A stretch of 59,986 nt of DNA from Fibrobacterota bacterium (lineage in GTDB: Bacteria > Fibrobacterota > Fibrobacteria > UBA5070), in contig JBDKGS010000002.1 of assembly GCA_039798065.1 (NCBI GenBank), positions 1-59,986 on the forward strand, given 5' to 3'. Every line of letters begins with the position of its first letter. Position 1 is the stretch's first letter. The position numbers and the translations under genes were made by a program. The notes below the pieces were generated by a model that was given only the letters and a program-made list of their open reading frames with translations, made no database searches and had not been told where the DNA came from. This document shows positions 21,716 through 30,123 of the stretch, in pieces.

Positions 21716-21746
21716 CCTGGAGACCTCGATGCGGAAGGATGCGGGA

Positions 21747-22550
21747 TCATAACGGAAAACTGCTTTCGTGGTCGAAGGCGCTGTCCTTGTTGTTGCCTTC
21801 GCGGACCAGTTCGCGTTCGCGCAGGTCGGACGACAGCAGCAGTTCTTCCATGGTCCGGGCCCGGCGCAGGTTGCCGTCCACCAAGAGCGCGATGCGACCG
21901 CCCAGCAATTTGGCGGAACCCAGATCGTGGGTGATCATGACGATGGCCACGTTGGACAGCGCACGCAGGTTGCCGATCAGCGAGAGCATGATGTCGGTGT
22001 TCTTGGCATCCAGTCCCGCCGTGGGTTCGTCCAGGAACAGGATCTCGGGTTCCATGGCCATGGCCCGTGCGACGGCGGCGCGTTTTTGCATTCCAATGGA
22101 CAGGTGCGCGGGGCGTTTGTCCTCGTGGCCGGTCAAGAGCAGCAGCTCGATCCATCGCTTCACGATGCGCGAAATTTCCGCTTCGGGAAGATCGGTGTGG
22201 TAGCGCAGCGGCATGGCGATGTTGTCTTCCACGGTCATGTTGGAGATGAGCGCGTTGTTCTGGAAGACAAAACCTGTCCGCTTGCGCAGATCCCGCAGCC
22301 GCGACTTGGGGATGTCCCAGATGTCTTCCCCGAAGAGGAAGACCTGGCCCGCCGCCGAACCGAGGGCGTCGTGGGAGGGACGTTCGAGCCCGATCAGAAG
22401 CCGCAGGATGGTGCTCTTGCCTTTGCCGGATTCGCCGGACAAAATCCGTACATCGCCGCGACGCACCTCGAAGTCCACACCGTCCAGGATGTACTCGTCG
22501 GGGTGGTACCCGAACCTGAGCCCGCAGGTTTCCGAAAGGACTTCGCTCAT
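21747..22550 (-). CDS. mlaF: ABC transporter ATP-binding protein (MlaF-like)
   Basis: Walker A 'GESGKGKST', signature 'LSIGMQKRAAVARA' and Walker B 'ILFLDEPTAGLD'. Confidence 0.9.
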   Translation of the reverse strand: MSEVLSETCGLRFGYHPDEYILDGVDFEVRRGDVRILSGESGKGKSTILRLLIGLERPSHDALGSAAGQVFLFGEDIWDIPKSRLRDLRKRTGFVFQNNALISNMTVEDNIAMPLRYHTDLPEAEISRIVKRWIELLLLTGHEDKRPAHLSIGMQKRAAVARAMAMEPEILFLDEPTAGLDAKNTDIMLSLIGNLRALSNVAIVMITHDLGSAKLLGGRIALLVDGNLRRARTMEELLLSSDLRERELVREGNNKDSAFDHESSFPL

Positions 22551-22596
22551 GCGGCGGTCCTCGGGTGGCTCGAGCCTGGATGATGGGGAATTCGGG

Positions 22597-23460
22597 TCAT
22601 GGGATGTAGTTGGCGACTTGTGGAAGCACGAAGGTGGCGGCGAAGAGTCCGTCCAAGACTACCACAACCACGATGGCATCGACCACAGCGGAACGCGTTC
22701 CTTGAGGGACCTCGTGCGAACTGATTCCCAACGACAATCCATTGAGGCAAGCGAGCAAGGCGATGGCCATTCCAAACGACATGGGCTTGAGGATCATGAC
22801 CAGCATGTCCAGAAAGCGCAACGCCATGCCGGTCCGCTCCAAAAAGGTGTTCAAACCCATGTCCAGACCAAGGCTTCCCGGGAACACCCAGGCTAAAAGC
22901 TGAGCCACCATGAATCCGCCAAAGATGGCGCTGGCGGTGAACAAAAGCGACAAGCAAACCATCCCTACGGTGCTTCCCAGCACGGCGGGCAAAACCAAGA
23001 ACCGGACTGGATCGATGCCCATGCTTTCCAACGCGTCGATCTCGCCGTGGACCTTCATGTTCCCAATGAACGTGGCCAAAGCCGATCCGGTACGGCCCGC
23101 CACGATGAAGGCGGTGAACAACGGCGCCAACTCGCGCAAGATGACCAGCACCATCACGTCGCCCAGAAAGAACGAATTGCCGATGCGCGGAAGCACGGTG
23201 GCGAATTCGATGAGCGTGACCCCACCCACCAAGGTGGCGAGGATCATCACGATGGGTGCGGCTTCCACGGCAGTGAAATACACCTGCTGCACGAAGATTT
23301 CGCCGATCTGGCGCACGGTCGCGCGTTTGCCGCGAAAGGGCGAGAGCAGGACTTCGGCCAGAAGCTGGACCACCCGACCTGGTCGCGACTGCGCCCAAAC
23401 GCGTCCAAGAAACATCAACGCCCTGGAGGGAAGTTCCTTGCTTTCCTCCAGGAACGACAT
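22597..23460 (-). CDS. mlaE: ABC transporter permease (MlaE-like)
   Basis: 287 aa with 'LAPLFTAFIVAGRTGSALATFIGNMKVHGEIDALESMGIDPVRFLVLP', the MlaE signature region. Confidence 0.88.
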   Translation of the reverse strand: MSFLEESKELPSRALMFLGRVWAQSRPGRVVQLLAEVLLSPFRGKRATVRQIGEIFVQQVYFTAVEAAPIVMILATLVGGVTLIEFATVLPRIGNSFFLGDVMVLVILRELAPLFTAFIVAGRTGSALATFIGNMKVHGEIDALESMGIDPVRFLVLPAVLGSTVGMVCLSLLFTASAIFGGFMVAQLLAWVFPGSLGLDMGLNTFLERTGMALRFLDMLVMILKPMSFGMAIALLACLNGLSLGISSHEVPQGTRSAVVDAIVVVVVLDGLFAATFVLPQVANYIP

Positions 23461-24081
23461 TTACACGACCGCCGGTTCGAAGATGGACAGAATCCGGTCG
23501 CGCAGCGTGTCCAGGCCCTTGCCGGTGCGCGCCGAGATCAGAAGCGGCGAGGTTTCCAGGCCAAAACGGTCCTTCACTATGGTGGGGTAGCGGTTGCGCT
23601 TGGACTGGTCCATGCGGTCGGCCTTGTTCATGACCACCACGGTGGGAACGCCCGCGTCCAAAATCCGTCCTAGACAAATCGTGTCGACTTCGCTTTCGGG
23701 AACATCGGCGTCCAGGATGTAGACCACCAGAACGGGTTGGTTGTCCTGGCTCAGGTATTCGCCCACCAGCTTGGCGAACACGCCGCTGGATTGATGGCCG
23801 CCGCGCGCGAAGCCAAAACCCGGCAAGTCGACGAACCAGCCTTTTTCAGGCACTTCGAAGAAGTTGATTTCGCGGGTGCGGCCGGGGGTGCCGCTGGTGC
23901 GCACCAGACCCGACCGACCCAGCAGCGCGTTTTGCAGACTGGACTTGCCCACGTTGGAACGGCCCGCGAAGGCGATCTGCGGCAGACCGTCGGTCACGAA
24001 CTGGTTTTGGCCCACCGCTCCGATGCGGAAAACCGCTTTCTGTCCGAGCTTGTAGAAGGGGTGGTTGTCGTTGGCTTTCAT
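23461..24081 (-). CDS. engB: Ribosome-biogenesis GTPase EngB (YsxC/YihA)
   Basis: 206 aa with 'IAFAGRSNVGKSSLQNAL', 'DLPGFGFA' and 'NKADR'. Confidence 0.9.
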   Translation of the reverse strand: MKANDNHPFYKLGQKAVFRIGAVGQNQFVTDGLPQIAFAGRSNVGKSSLQNALLGRSGLVRTSGTPGRTREINFFEVPEKGWFVDLPGFGFARGGHQSSGVFAKLVGEYLSQDNQPVLVVYILDADVPESEVDTICLGRILDAGVPTVVVMNKADRMDQSKRNRYPTIVKDRFGLETSPLLISARTGKGLDTLRDRILSIFEPAVV

Positions 24082-24184
24082 GTCTGGAAGGATCGTTTCT
24101 TATGTGTCAGGTGATCAATGCCGGTTGAGACAGTAACTGTCCCCCTCCCTGCCAGGGAGGGCCGGGGTGGGGGTGCTCAAGAAT

Positions 24185-24778
24185 TCACGCTGGGGTTCGC
24201 CCTTCGAAGGCGCGAAGAACCGTGAGGCTGTCGCTGTATTCCAGTTCGCCGCCCACCGGAAGACCGCGGGCCAGACGTGTGAGCGAAACGCCATCTGGCA
24301 CCAGGCGTTGCAGGTAAAGAGCGGTGGCGTCGCCTTCGGTGGAGGCAGGCGTGGCCAGCACGACTTCGCGGATTTCGCCGGAGCCCATGCGTGTGCGCAA
24401 AGGGCCCAGGTTCAAGCGGTCGGGACCGATTCCGTCCAAAGGAGAAAGCAGCGCACCCAGAACGTGGTAGACGCCTCGGTAGCGGCCCGTGGTCTCGAAG
24501 GCGGAAATGTCGGAAGGTTTTTCCACGACCAACACGATACCATGGTCGCGACGAGCATCGCCGCAAATGGGGCACAAGTCGCCTTCGGCGTAGTTGCCGC
24601 AGCGATGACAAGGACCGATTTTGTCGCGCGCGTCGTGGATGGCCAGCGCCAAGGCGCGGGCCTGGTCCTCGGGGCAGCGCAACAAGTGGTGGGCCAGCCT
24701 GGATGCGGATCGACGCCCGACCCCTGGGAGCCGCGACAGTTCGCGAACCAGGGATTCGACCGCCGGAGACCAATCCAA
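24185..24778 (-). CDS. recR: Recombination protein RecR
   Basis: 197 aa with 'LPGVGRRSASRLAHHLL', the C4 zinc finger 'CHRCGNYAEGDLCPIC' and a Toprim region. Confidence 0.95.
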   Translation of the reverse strand: MDWSPAVESLVRELSRLPGVGRRSASRLAHHLLRCPEDQARALALAIHDARDKIGPCHRCGNYAEGDLCPICGDARRDHGIVLVVEKPSDISAFETTGRYRGVYHVLGALLSPLDGIGPDRLNLGPLRTRMGSGEIREVVLATPASTEGDATALYLQRLVPDGVSLTRLARGLPVGGELEYSDSLTVLRAFEGRTPA

Positions 24779-24790
24779 ACGCGCGCTCCT

Positions 24791-25135
24791 TTATTCCTCT
24801 TCGCCGACGGCGAGGACGATCGAATGGAAACGGACTTCGAACCATTCCTCGAAGACATCGGCGTTGATCTTGGGCCAACGCGCTTTGTCCTCGATCCAGT
24901 GGCTGATCTCCTTTTCGGCGATCGCCTTCTTGTGGGGCTTGAGGAACTCCTCGAGCTCTTCGTCATTTTCCGGCACCGGCACCAGGACCACGGTCTGGTT
25001 GTCGGGTTCATCGAAGGCATGCTTCAACTCGTTTTTCAACGAAGGGTCGGCGGTTTCCAAAACCAGGCGGAAAGCCTCGGTGGGAACAAGGACCACGGCG
25101 GAGAGGTCTTCGAGATCATCCAGTGTTGTGCTCAT
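24791..25135 (-). CDS. Hypothetical acidic protein (not YbaB-like)
   Basis: 114-aa Glu/Asp-rich ORF ending 12 nt upstream of the recR start. I recognise no motif. Confidence 0.55.
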   Translation of the reverse strand: MSTTLDDLEDLSAVVLVPTEAFRLVLETADPSLKNELKHAFDEPDNQTVVLVPVPENDEELEEFLKPHKKAIAEKEISHWIEDKARWPKINADVFEEWFEVRFHSIVLAVGEEE

Positions 25136-25216
25136 GCCGCCAAAGGTACCACTTTGGGCATGTCAAGAAATACCTCCTCCCATCTCGTCGGATCTTTTTC
25201 CGCCGATTCGGATGAT

Positions 25217-26458
25217 TTATTCCTGGACCGGCCCTTTCCGCCGGACAAACCACAATGCAACTGCGAAGTAGGCGGTGGACTCGATGCAAATGGCGATCGG
25301 GGCGCCGATGGGGCCGAATTGGGGGACCAGGACCCGCACCAAGGCGATTTGGGCGATGGCACCGGCAAACTCGAGACCGGCGAACACCCGCGCCGATCGT
25401 CGCGCGATGAGGATCAGGCCCAACGGCATGGTGCAGCTTTGGACAAATTCCGCAAAACACTGCAAACGAAGCACCGGTAGGGCTCCCGGAAAACGACCCA
25501 CGTAGGCCACATCCAAGATCCAAGGTGCCGCCACGGCGATGGACCCCGCTAGGGCCAAACCGCCCAAAGGTCCGAACGAAAGCTTGCCGAATTTTGGCCG
25601 AGCGTGTTCGGGGCCCGACAACTTGGGAAGGGCCCAGGTGGTGAAGGCCATGCTCCAGGTGGCGAACAAGAGATCGGTGATGCGCACCGCCGCTTGCCAA
25701 TTTCCGGCAACTTCCACGCCTTGGGCAAGAATTGTCTCGCGGAACAAGATGAGCTTGTACGGGGAAAGCACCGCGACCACCGAACCCATGGCCGCCAGCG
25801 GCGCCCAGAGCCTTGCCTGTTCCTTCCATTGCGCACGTCGGGGAACCTGGAGCGGAAACGGCGGCATGAGCCAAAGCGCCAACGGCAAAGCGACGAGTCC
25901 GAACAAAAGGACACCGGGAACCAGCCCTTGGAGTCCGCCGTGGATCCAGAAATACAACCACAGAGCCTGCAACGGCCCCGAAAGCGCGATGAAAAGATTG
26001 AGTCGGCGCAACCGCCCCGTGCCGCTTGCGATGGCCTGGAGGTTGCCCATCATCGCCATGGCCATCAGGCCGGGAACCAGCATCCAGGCGGCGGCGTGCA
26101 TCTGCGGCGGCAGATAGATGGCGCCCGAGGTGGAAAGTTGCAACACCACCAAGCCCGAGAGCAACGCCAGAATTTGTCCTGAAAGCAATGCCCACGACGA
26201 GCGTTCCGAAACCTGTTCGGGTCGCGCCGATCCCAGGGCCTGCTGGATGCCGGGTTGCAACGCCTGCGAGGCCAGGGCCAACCCGAGGGTGAGCAGGTTC
26301 TGGAGCTGGCCCATCACCACGATGCCTTGCGATCCCAGTTGCGAAGCGACTTCGCGGCCCACCAGAAAAAGCAGGGCAAGGCGGAAGCTGGTGGCGGCCA
26401 GGTTTCCCAGCACTCCGGAAGGAAGGCGTGGAAGCCTTGGTGGGCGGACGGTGTTCAC
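25217..26458 (-). CDS. Wzx-like polysaccharide flippase (MOP/PST family membrane protein)
   Basis: Roughly 12 predicted TM segments. The GTG start at 26458 overlaps the upstream stop (GTGA). The first ~100 codons of the long ORF overlap the neighbouring gene and are rejected. Confidence 0.6.
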   Translation of the reverse strand: MNTVRPPRLPRLPSGVLGNLAATSFRLALLFLVGREVASQLGSQGIVVMGQLQNLLTLGLALASQALQPGIQQALGSARPEQVSERSSWALLSGQILALLSGLVVLQLSTSGAIYLPPQMHAAAWMLVPGLMAMAMMGNLQAIASGTGRLRRLNLFIALSGPLQALWLYFWIHGGLQGLVPGVLLFGLVALPLALWLMPPFPLQVPRRAQWKEQARLWAPLAAMGSVVAVLSPYKLILFRETILAQGVEVAGNWQAAVRITDLLFATWSMAFTTWALPKLSGPEHARPKFGKLSFGPLGGLALAGSIAVAAPWILDVAYVGRFPGALPVLRLQCFAEFVQSCTMPLGLILIARRSARVFAGLEFAGAIAQIALVRVLVPQFGPIGAPIAICIESTAYFAVALWFVRRKGPVQE

Positions 26459-27408
26459 GCCGCGGGATCCGGCAGATCGTAAGACGCGTCGTCGTAGACC
26501 GCGCCGTGTCCGCCGAAACCTTCCTTCCAGGCCAGAAGCCCTTCGTTCAGGATTTGTCCGCCCTGTTCGCACGAAGTTCCGAACGAAAGCCATTTGGCGT
26601 TTGACGGATTTTGTTCGATCAGCGAAAGCGCCAGAAGGTCCAGCGCCCCGGCGTCGCGACCGCGGTCGCTGGCGGCCGAATACTGCACGTGGAAGGTGGT
26701 GTCGAATAGGAAACCCACTATTCCAGCCAGGACCTCGTCGCCGTCGGTCGCGCACCAAAGACGGATCTTGTCGGGGAACCTTCCGGCCAAAAGACGGATT
26801 TCGTCAAGCGTATGGACGGGCTTCACGCCGTGGCGGCTGGCCAGCCGGTGTTCCAGCACAGGCCAGAATTTCTCCCAGAGGTCGCCTTCGCAAACGACGA
26901 TTCCCGTCTGTCGGGCCTTGGCCGCGCCGCGTTTTCGCAGCGACGACACTTTCTGACTGCCTTGCAGGTCCACCAGCGTGTTCAGCCAGAGCGCTTCCCG
27001 CTTGGCGCCCAGCCGATCCAGGATCCATAGATCTTCCTGGGCGGGGGATGTCTGCAACCACCAAGGGAGCGGCTTGTAGCGAACTCGAGAGATGTTCCGC
27101 TGCCGCAAGGCGTTGTGGAGCGCGTCGAACATGGACTGCAGATCGGGAGTGCGCGTTTCGGAAAGCGCCACGATGCCGCCGTGGGTGAGTCCGCGATGGG
27201 TGGCCCAGCCATCGGGTCCATCGAGGTGTCCGGCCACCAATCCCACCGGTTTGCCGTCGTGGAGGAACACGTACGACAAATCCTGGAACCGGTCGGAATG
27301 GTATTCCATGAATTCGCGACGGAACAGGAACAATCCGTTGCGGGAACGGTCCAACACGCTGTCCCAATGCCCCTTCAACGAAGGCTGGTAGGCGAGGGCC
27401 TCCATCAT
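26455..27408 (-). CDS. GNAT/FemAB-like acyltransferase of a polysaccharide locus
   Basis: 317 aa from 'MMEALAYQPS...'. The two-lobed acetyltransferase-like sequence ends 'FHVQYSAAS...GALDLL...EGLLAWKEGFG'. It has an ATGA overlap with the upstream gene. Confidence 0.55.
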   Translation of the reverse strand: MMEALAYQPSLKGHWDSVLDRSRNGLFLFRREFMEYHSDRFQDLSYVFLHDGKPVGLVAGHLDGPDGWATHRGLTHGGIVALSETRTPDLQSMFDALHNALRQRNISRVRYKPLPWWLQTSPAQEDLWILDRLGAKREALWLNTLVDLQGSQKVSSLRKRGAAKARQTGIVVCEGDLWEKFWPVLEHRLASRHGVKPVHTLDEIRLLAGRFPDKIRLWCATDGDEVLAGIVGFLFDTTFHVQYSAASDRGRDAGALDLLALSLIEQNPSNAKWLSFGTSCEQGGQILNEGLLAWKEGFGGHGAVYDDASYDLPDPAA

Positions 27409-27809
27409 CCGTTCGCGAGGGTGCGAAACTGCGCGATGTCGCGGATGTAGTCGTCTTCTTCGTAGTAGGCCGAGGCCAACACCAGGCAGACCGCGCCGCT
27501 GGAGAAGTTCTCCAGTTCGCGCCAGATCATGTTGGGCAGGTACAGGCCGTGGTAGCTGCGGTTGAGCGAAATCTTCTTGCGATCGGTGCCGTCGTCCACC
27601 ACCACATCGAAACTTCCCGACAAGGCGATGATCACTTGCTGGAGGTCCTTGTGGGCGTGACCACCACGCACGGCGCCACCCGGAACGTCGTAGAGGTAGT
27701 AGACGCGCTGGATGTCGAACGGAATCTGTCGCTGTCCTTCGATGAAGGAAAGATTCCCTCGCGGCTCGTGCACGATGGGGAAGTCGATGAGGCGTACCCG
27801 TGGGTCCAT
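27405..27809 (-). CDS. FdtA/QdtA/WxcM-like dTDP-4-keto-6-deoxyhexose 3,4-ketoisomerase (cupin)
   Basis: 'FPIVHEPRGNLSFIEG...IPF...RVYYLYDVP....RGGHAHK.L.Q..I.LSGSF' is the characteristic WxcM/FdtA pattern. The start is taken at MDPRV; the ORF extends to 27848. Confidence 0.8.
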   Translation of the reverse strand: MDPRVRLIDFPIVHEPRGNLSFIEGQRQIPFDIQRVYYLYDVPGGAVRGGHAHKDLQQVIIALSGSFDVVVDDGTDRKKISLNRSYHGLYLPNMIWRELENFSSGAVCLVLASAYYEEDDYIRDIAQFRTLANG

Positions 27810-27863
27810 GTGCGGAAGATAGATTGGGGAGTCCGGGGAATGTTCCACGGCGCGAATCGGCGG

Positions 27864-28943
27864 ATGTTTTCAGTGGCGGCAATCGACCCCGAACCGAAAC
27901 GGCGAACCGCGGCGATCCCGTCGCTGGACGGGTGGCGCGCGGTGGCGGTGCTGCTGGTGGTTTTGGGGCACGCGAAGCTGATCCAAGGGGATCTGGCGTT
28001 CTTTGGCGTGACGGTGTTCTTTTTCTTGAGCGGCTATCTCATCACCACCTTGATGATGCGCGAAGTTGCCGAGACAGGAACCGTGCATTTGGGCCGCTTT
28101 TGGCTGCGCCGGTTTTTGCGCCTGACCCCGCCATTGGTGGTGACCGTGTTGCTCGCCTATGCGGGTGCCGCGATGGGCTGGATCGCCGGAGGAACGGGCG
28201 CGTGGGGTTTCGCCTCCTTGCTCGGGTACTTCCACAACTACTACGTGCTGGCGGTGCAGTCTGGCGACAGCGTGCCGTTGGGCCTTGGCGTCTACTGGTC
28301 GCTGGCGGTGGAGCAACACTTCTACCTGGTCTTGCCACTTCTGTTCCTCCTGTTCCACGATCGGGAGCGGCCCGCGAAGATGGCGAGGATCGTGGCGGGA
28401 CTTTGCGCTGTTGTCCTGCTTTGGCGAGGGTGGCTCACCTTTGGCTCCAATGTGGATTTCGCACGCGTCTATTTCGCCACCGACACCCGCATCGATTCCA
28501 TCTTGTTCGGGTGCCTCCTGGCGTTGTGGAAAAACCCGATGGTCCCGACCTTTGCGCAAGGATTCGCGCTCGTGAAAGATCGGTGGATTCTGGCGTCGGG
28601 TGCTGTCCTGATCCTGTCGTTTCTTGTCCGTTGGATCCCGTTTCGCCAGTCTTTCCAATTCACGTTGCAAGGCCTGGCCCTCATGCCGCTTTTCCTGCTT
28701 TCCATGCGACATCCGACTTCGCGCTGGTTCGCGTGGCTGAACCACCGCTGGATGAAACGGATCGGCGATCTTTCGTACACCATCTACCTGGTCCACTGCG
28801 TGGTCCTGTTCAATCTCGAATCCCGTCTGCCGGGGCGGATCGCGTTGTTGGCCGTTTCCGCCATGACAATTTTCGTCTATGCCTGGTGCATGGAGCGTTT
28901 CGTGGAATCGCCGCTGCGCTCCCTGCGCCGGCGGTTGGGCTGA
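27864..28943 (+). CDS. Acyltransferase family 3 (OafA/YrhL-like O-acyltransferase), membrane protein
   Basis: 'IPSLDGWRAVAVLLVVLGH...FFGVTVFFFLSGYLIT' plus about 10 TM segments. There is an alternative ATG at 27840. The gene is divergent from the ketoisomerase gene. Confidence 0.8.
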   Translation: MFSVAAIDPEPKRRTAAIPSLDGWRAVAVLLVVLGHAKLIQGDLAFFGVTVFFFLSGYLITTLMMREVAETGTVHLGRFWLRRFLRLTPPLVVTVLLAYAGAAMGWIAGGTGAWGFASLLGYFHNYYVLAVQSGDSVPLGLGVYWSLAVEQHFYLVLPLLFLLFHDRERPAKMARIVAGLCAVVLLWRGWLTFGSNVDFARVYFATDTRIDSILFGCLLALWKNPMVPTFAQGFALVKDRWILASGAVLILSFLVRWIPFRQSFQFTLQGLALMPLFLLSMRHPTSRWFAWLNHRWMKRIGDLSYTIYLVHCVVLFNLESRLPGRIALLAVSAMTIFVYAWCMERFVESPLRSLRRRLG

Positions 28944-29004
28944 GACCGGCGGCGATGGCTACCTTCCTTTTCTCGATGCGCGAATCCTTCCCGGAAACCC
29001 AACC

Positions 29005-29961
29005 ATGGACATGAAACGTCTCGTCAAGAAGGTCCTGGCCCGATGGGGCCTGGAGATCCGCACGACACGCATGGCGCGGTTGCAAGCGGTGTTCGAGGCC
29101 GCCTTGGCGGAATGGGCCCGTCGCGACTTTCGACAGGAATTGACGGGTCCGTTTTCCGTCACCGGGATCGTCTTTTCGCGCGACCGCGCGATGCAGCTGC
29201 ACGCGCTGTTGGAAAGCTGGTTCGCCAACGCCCGGGGGGCGGCCCGCATGGTGGTGCTGTGGACGGTTTCCGACCATGAGCACGAAGCGTCCTACCGGGA
29301 GCTGGCCGCGCATTGGGGAGACAAGGTGGAGTGGGTGCGCGAGACGGATTTTCGCGCCGACCTGTCGAGGTTGGTGGAGAGCGATGCGTCCTCCCACCTG
29401 TTCTTCCTCACCGACGACGGAATCGTGCTGCGCCCGTTCGACCTGTCCGATGCGCTCCTTCCCGATCCGGGACGTCGGGTGTTCTCGCTTTGCCATGCGC
29501 CGGATCTCGACTGGTGCTTCATCCTCGGCAAAAGCCAGCGGGTTCCGCCTTTGCGGAGGTTTGGACAAAATCTGTTGGCGTGGAACTGGACCGAAGGCGA
29601 AACCGGCACCGATTGGAACTTCCCGCTTTCGGTGGACGGCAAGTTCTTCTCCAGACAGGAAATGTCTTTGCTGGTGCGCGACCTTCCGTTTCGCAATCCA
29701 AACACCTTCGAGCAGGCGCTCCAGGTGTTCCAGCCGCTGTTCGCGGGGCGCGAAGGCGTGTGCTTTTCGCAAGCGGCGTTGGTGAACGTACCGTGCAACG
29801 CGGTGCAGACGCAATTCGACAATCCCGTGACGGGGGCGCATTCCACCACCGAATTGAATGCGCGTTGGCGTGAGGGGAAACGGATCGCCTGGGAGGATTT
29901 CCAGAATTTGTCGCCGCGGGAGGCGGAAGTCCGGAATTTCAGGTTCGTTGAACGGGAATAG
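29005..29961 (+). CDS. Hypothetical protein, possibly a GT-A-like sugar transferase
   Basis: 318 aa from 'MDMKRLVKKV'. A Rossmann-like start 'VTGIVFSRDRAMQL' and 'FFLTDDG' (DxD-like) support the call. The assignment is tentative. Confidence 0.45.
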   Translation: MDMKRLVKKVLARWGLEIRTTRMARLQAVFEAALAEWARRDFRQELTGPFSVTGIVFSRDRAMQLHALLESWFANARGAARMVVLWTVSDHEHEASYRELAAHWGDKVEWVRETDFRADLSRLVESDASSHLFFLTDDGIVLRPFDLSDALLPDPGRRVFSLCHAPDLDWCFILGKSQRVPPLRRFGQNLLAWNWTEGETGTDWNFPLSVDGKFFSRQEMSLLVRDLPFRNPNTFEQALQVFQPLFAGREGVCFSQAALVNVPCNAVQTQFDNPVTGAHSTTELNARWREGKRIAWEDFQNLSPREAEVRNFRFVERE

Positions 29962-30123
29962 GGGCTCTGGGGGAGAAAGCCGTCACATTCCATTCGGGAT
30001 TTTGGGGTGGACTGGCCAAATCGGATGCACAGGTATTTAAATTGGCGGCTTCGAACACGGTCCTGGCCCGTATTGGGTTTTTACCAGACGATATCCCTGT
30101 AGGCTTCTTCCACGAGATCCCGA

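Noticed and set aside
19373-21934. 853-aa plus-strand ORF, and 686-aa minus-strand ORF 18423..20483.
   Set aside because: They run antisense to or out of frame with glgA, the secreted propeller gene and mlaD, all of which have recognisable features. Both are shadow ORFs with Arg/Gly/Ala/His bias.
24082-24184. CCCTCCC-tgcca-GGGAGGG hairpin downstream of recR as a terminator.
   Set aside because: The stem is only 7 bp and has no following T-run, so the evidence is too weak to annotate.
25116-26195. 359-aa minus-strand ORF, and several plus-strand ORFs over the Wzx gene.
   Set aside because: These alternative frames lack TM-helix periodicity. The chosen frame gives a coherent polytopic membrane protein.
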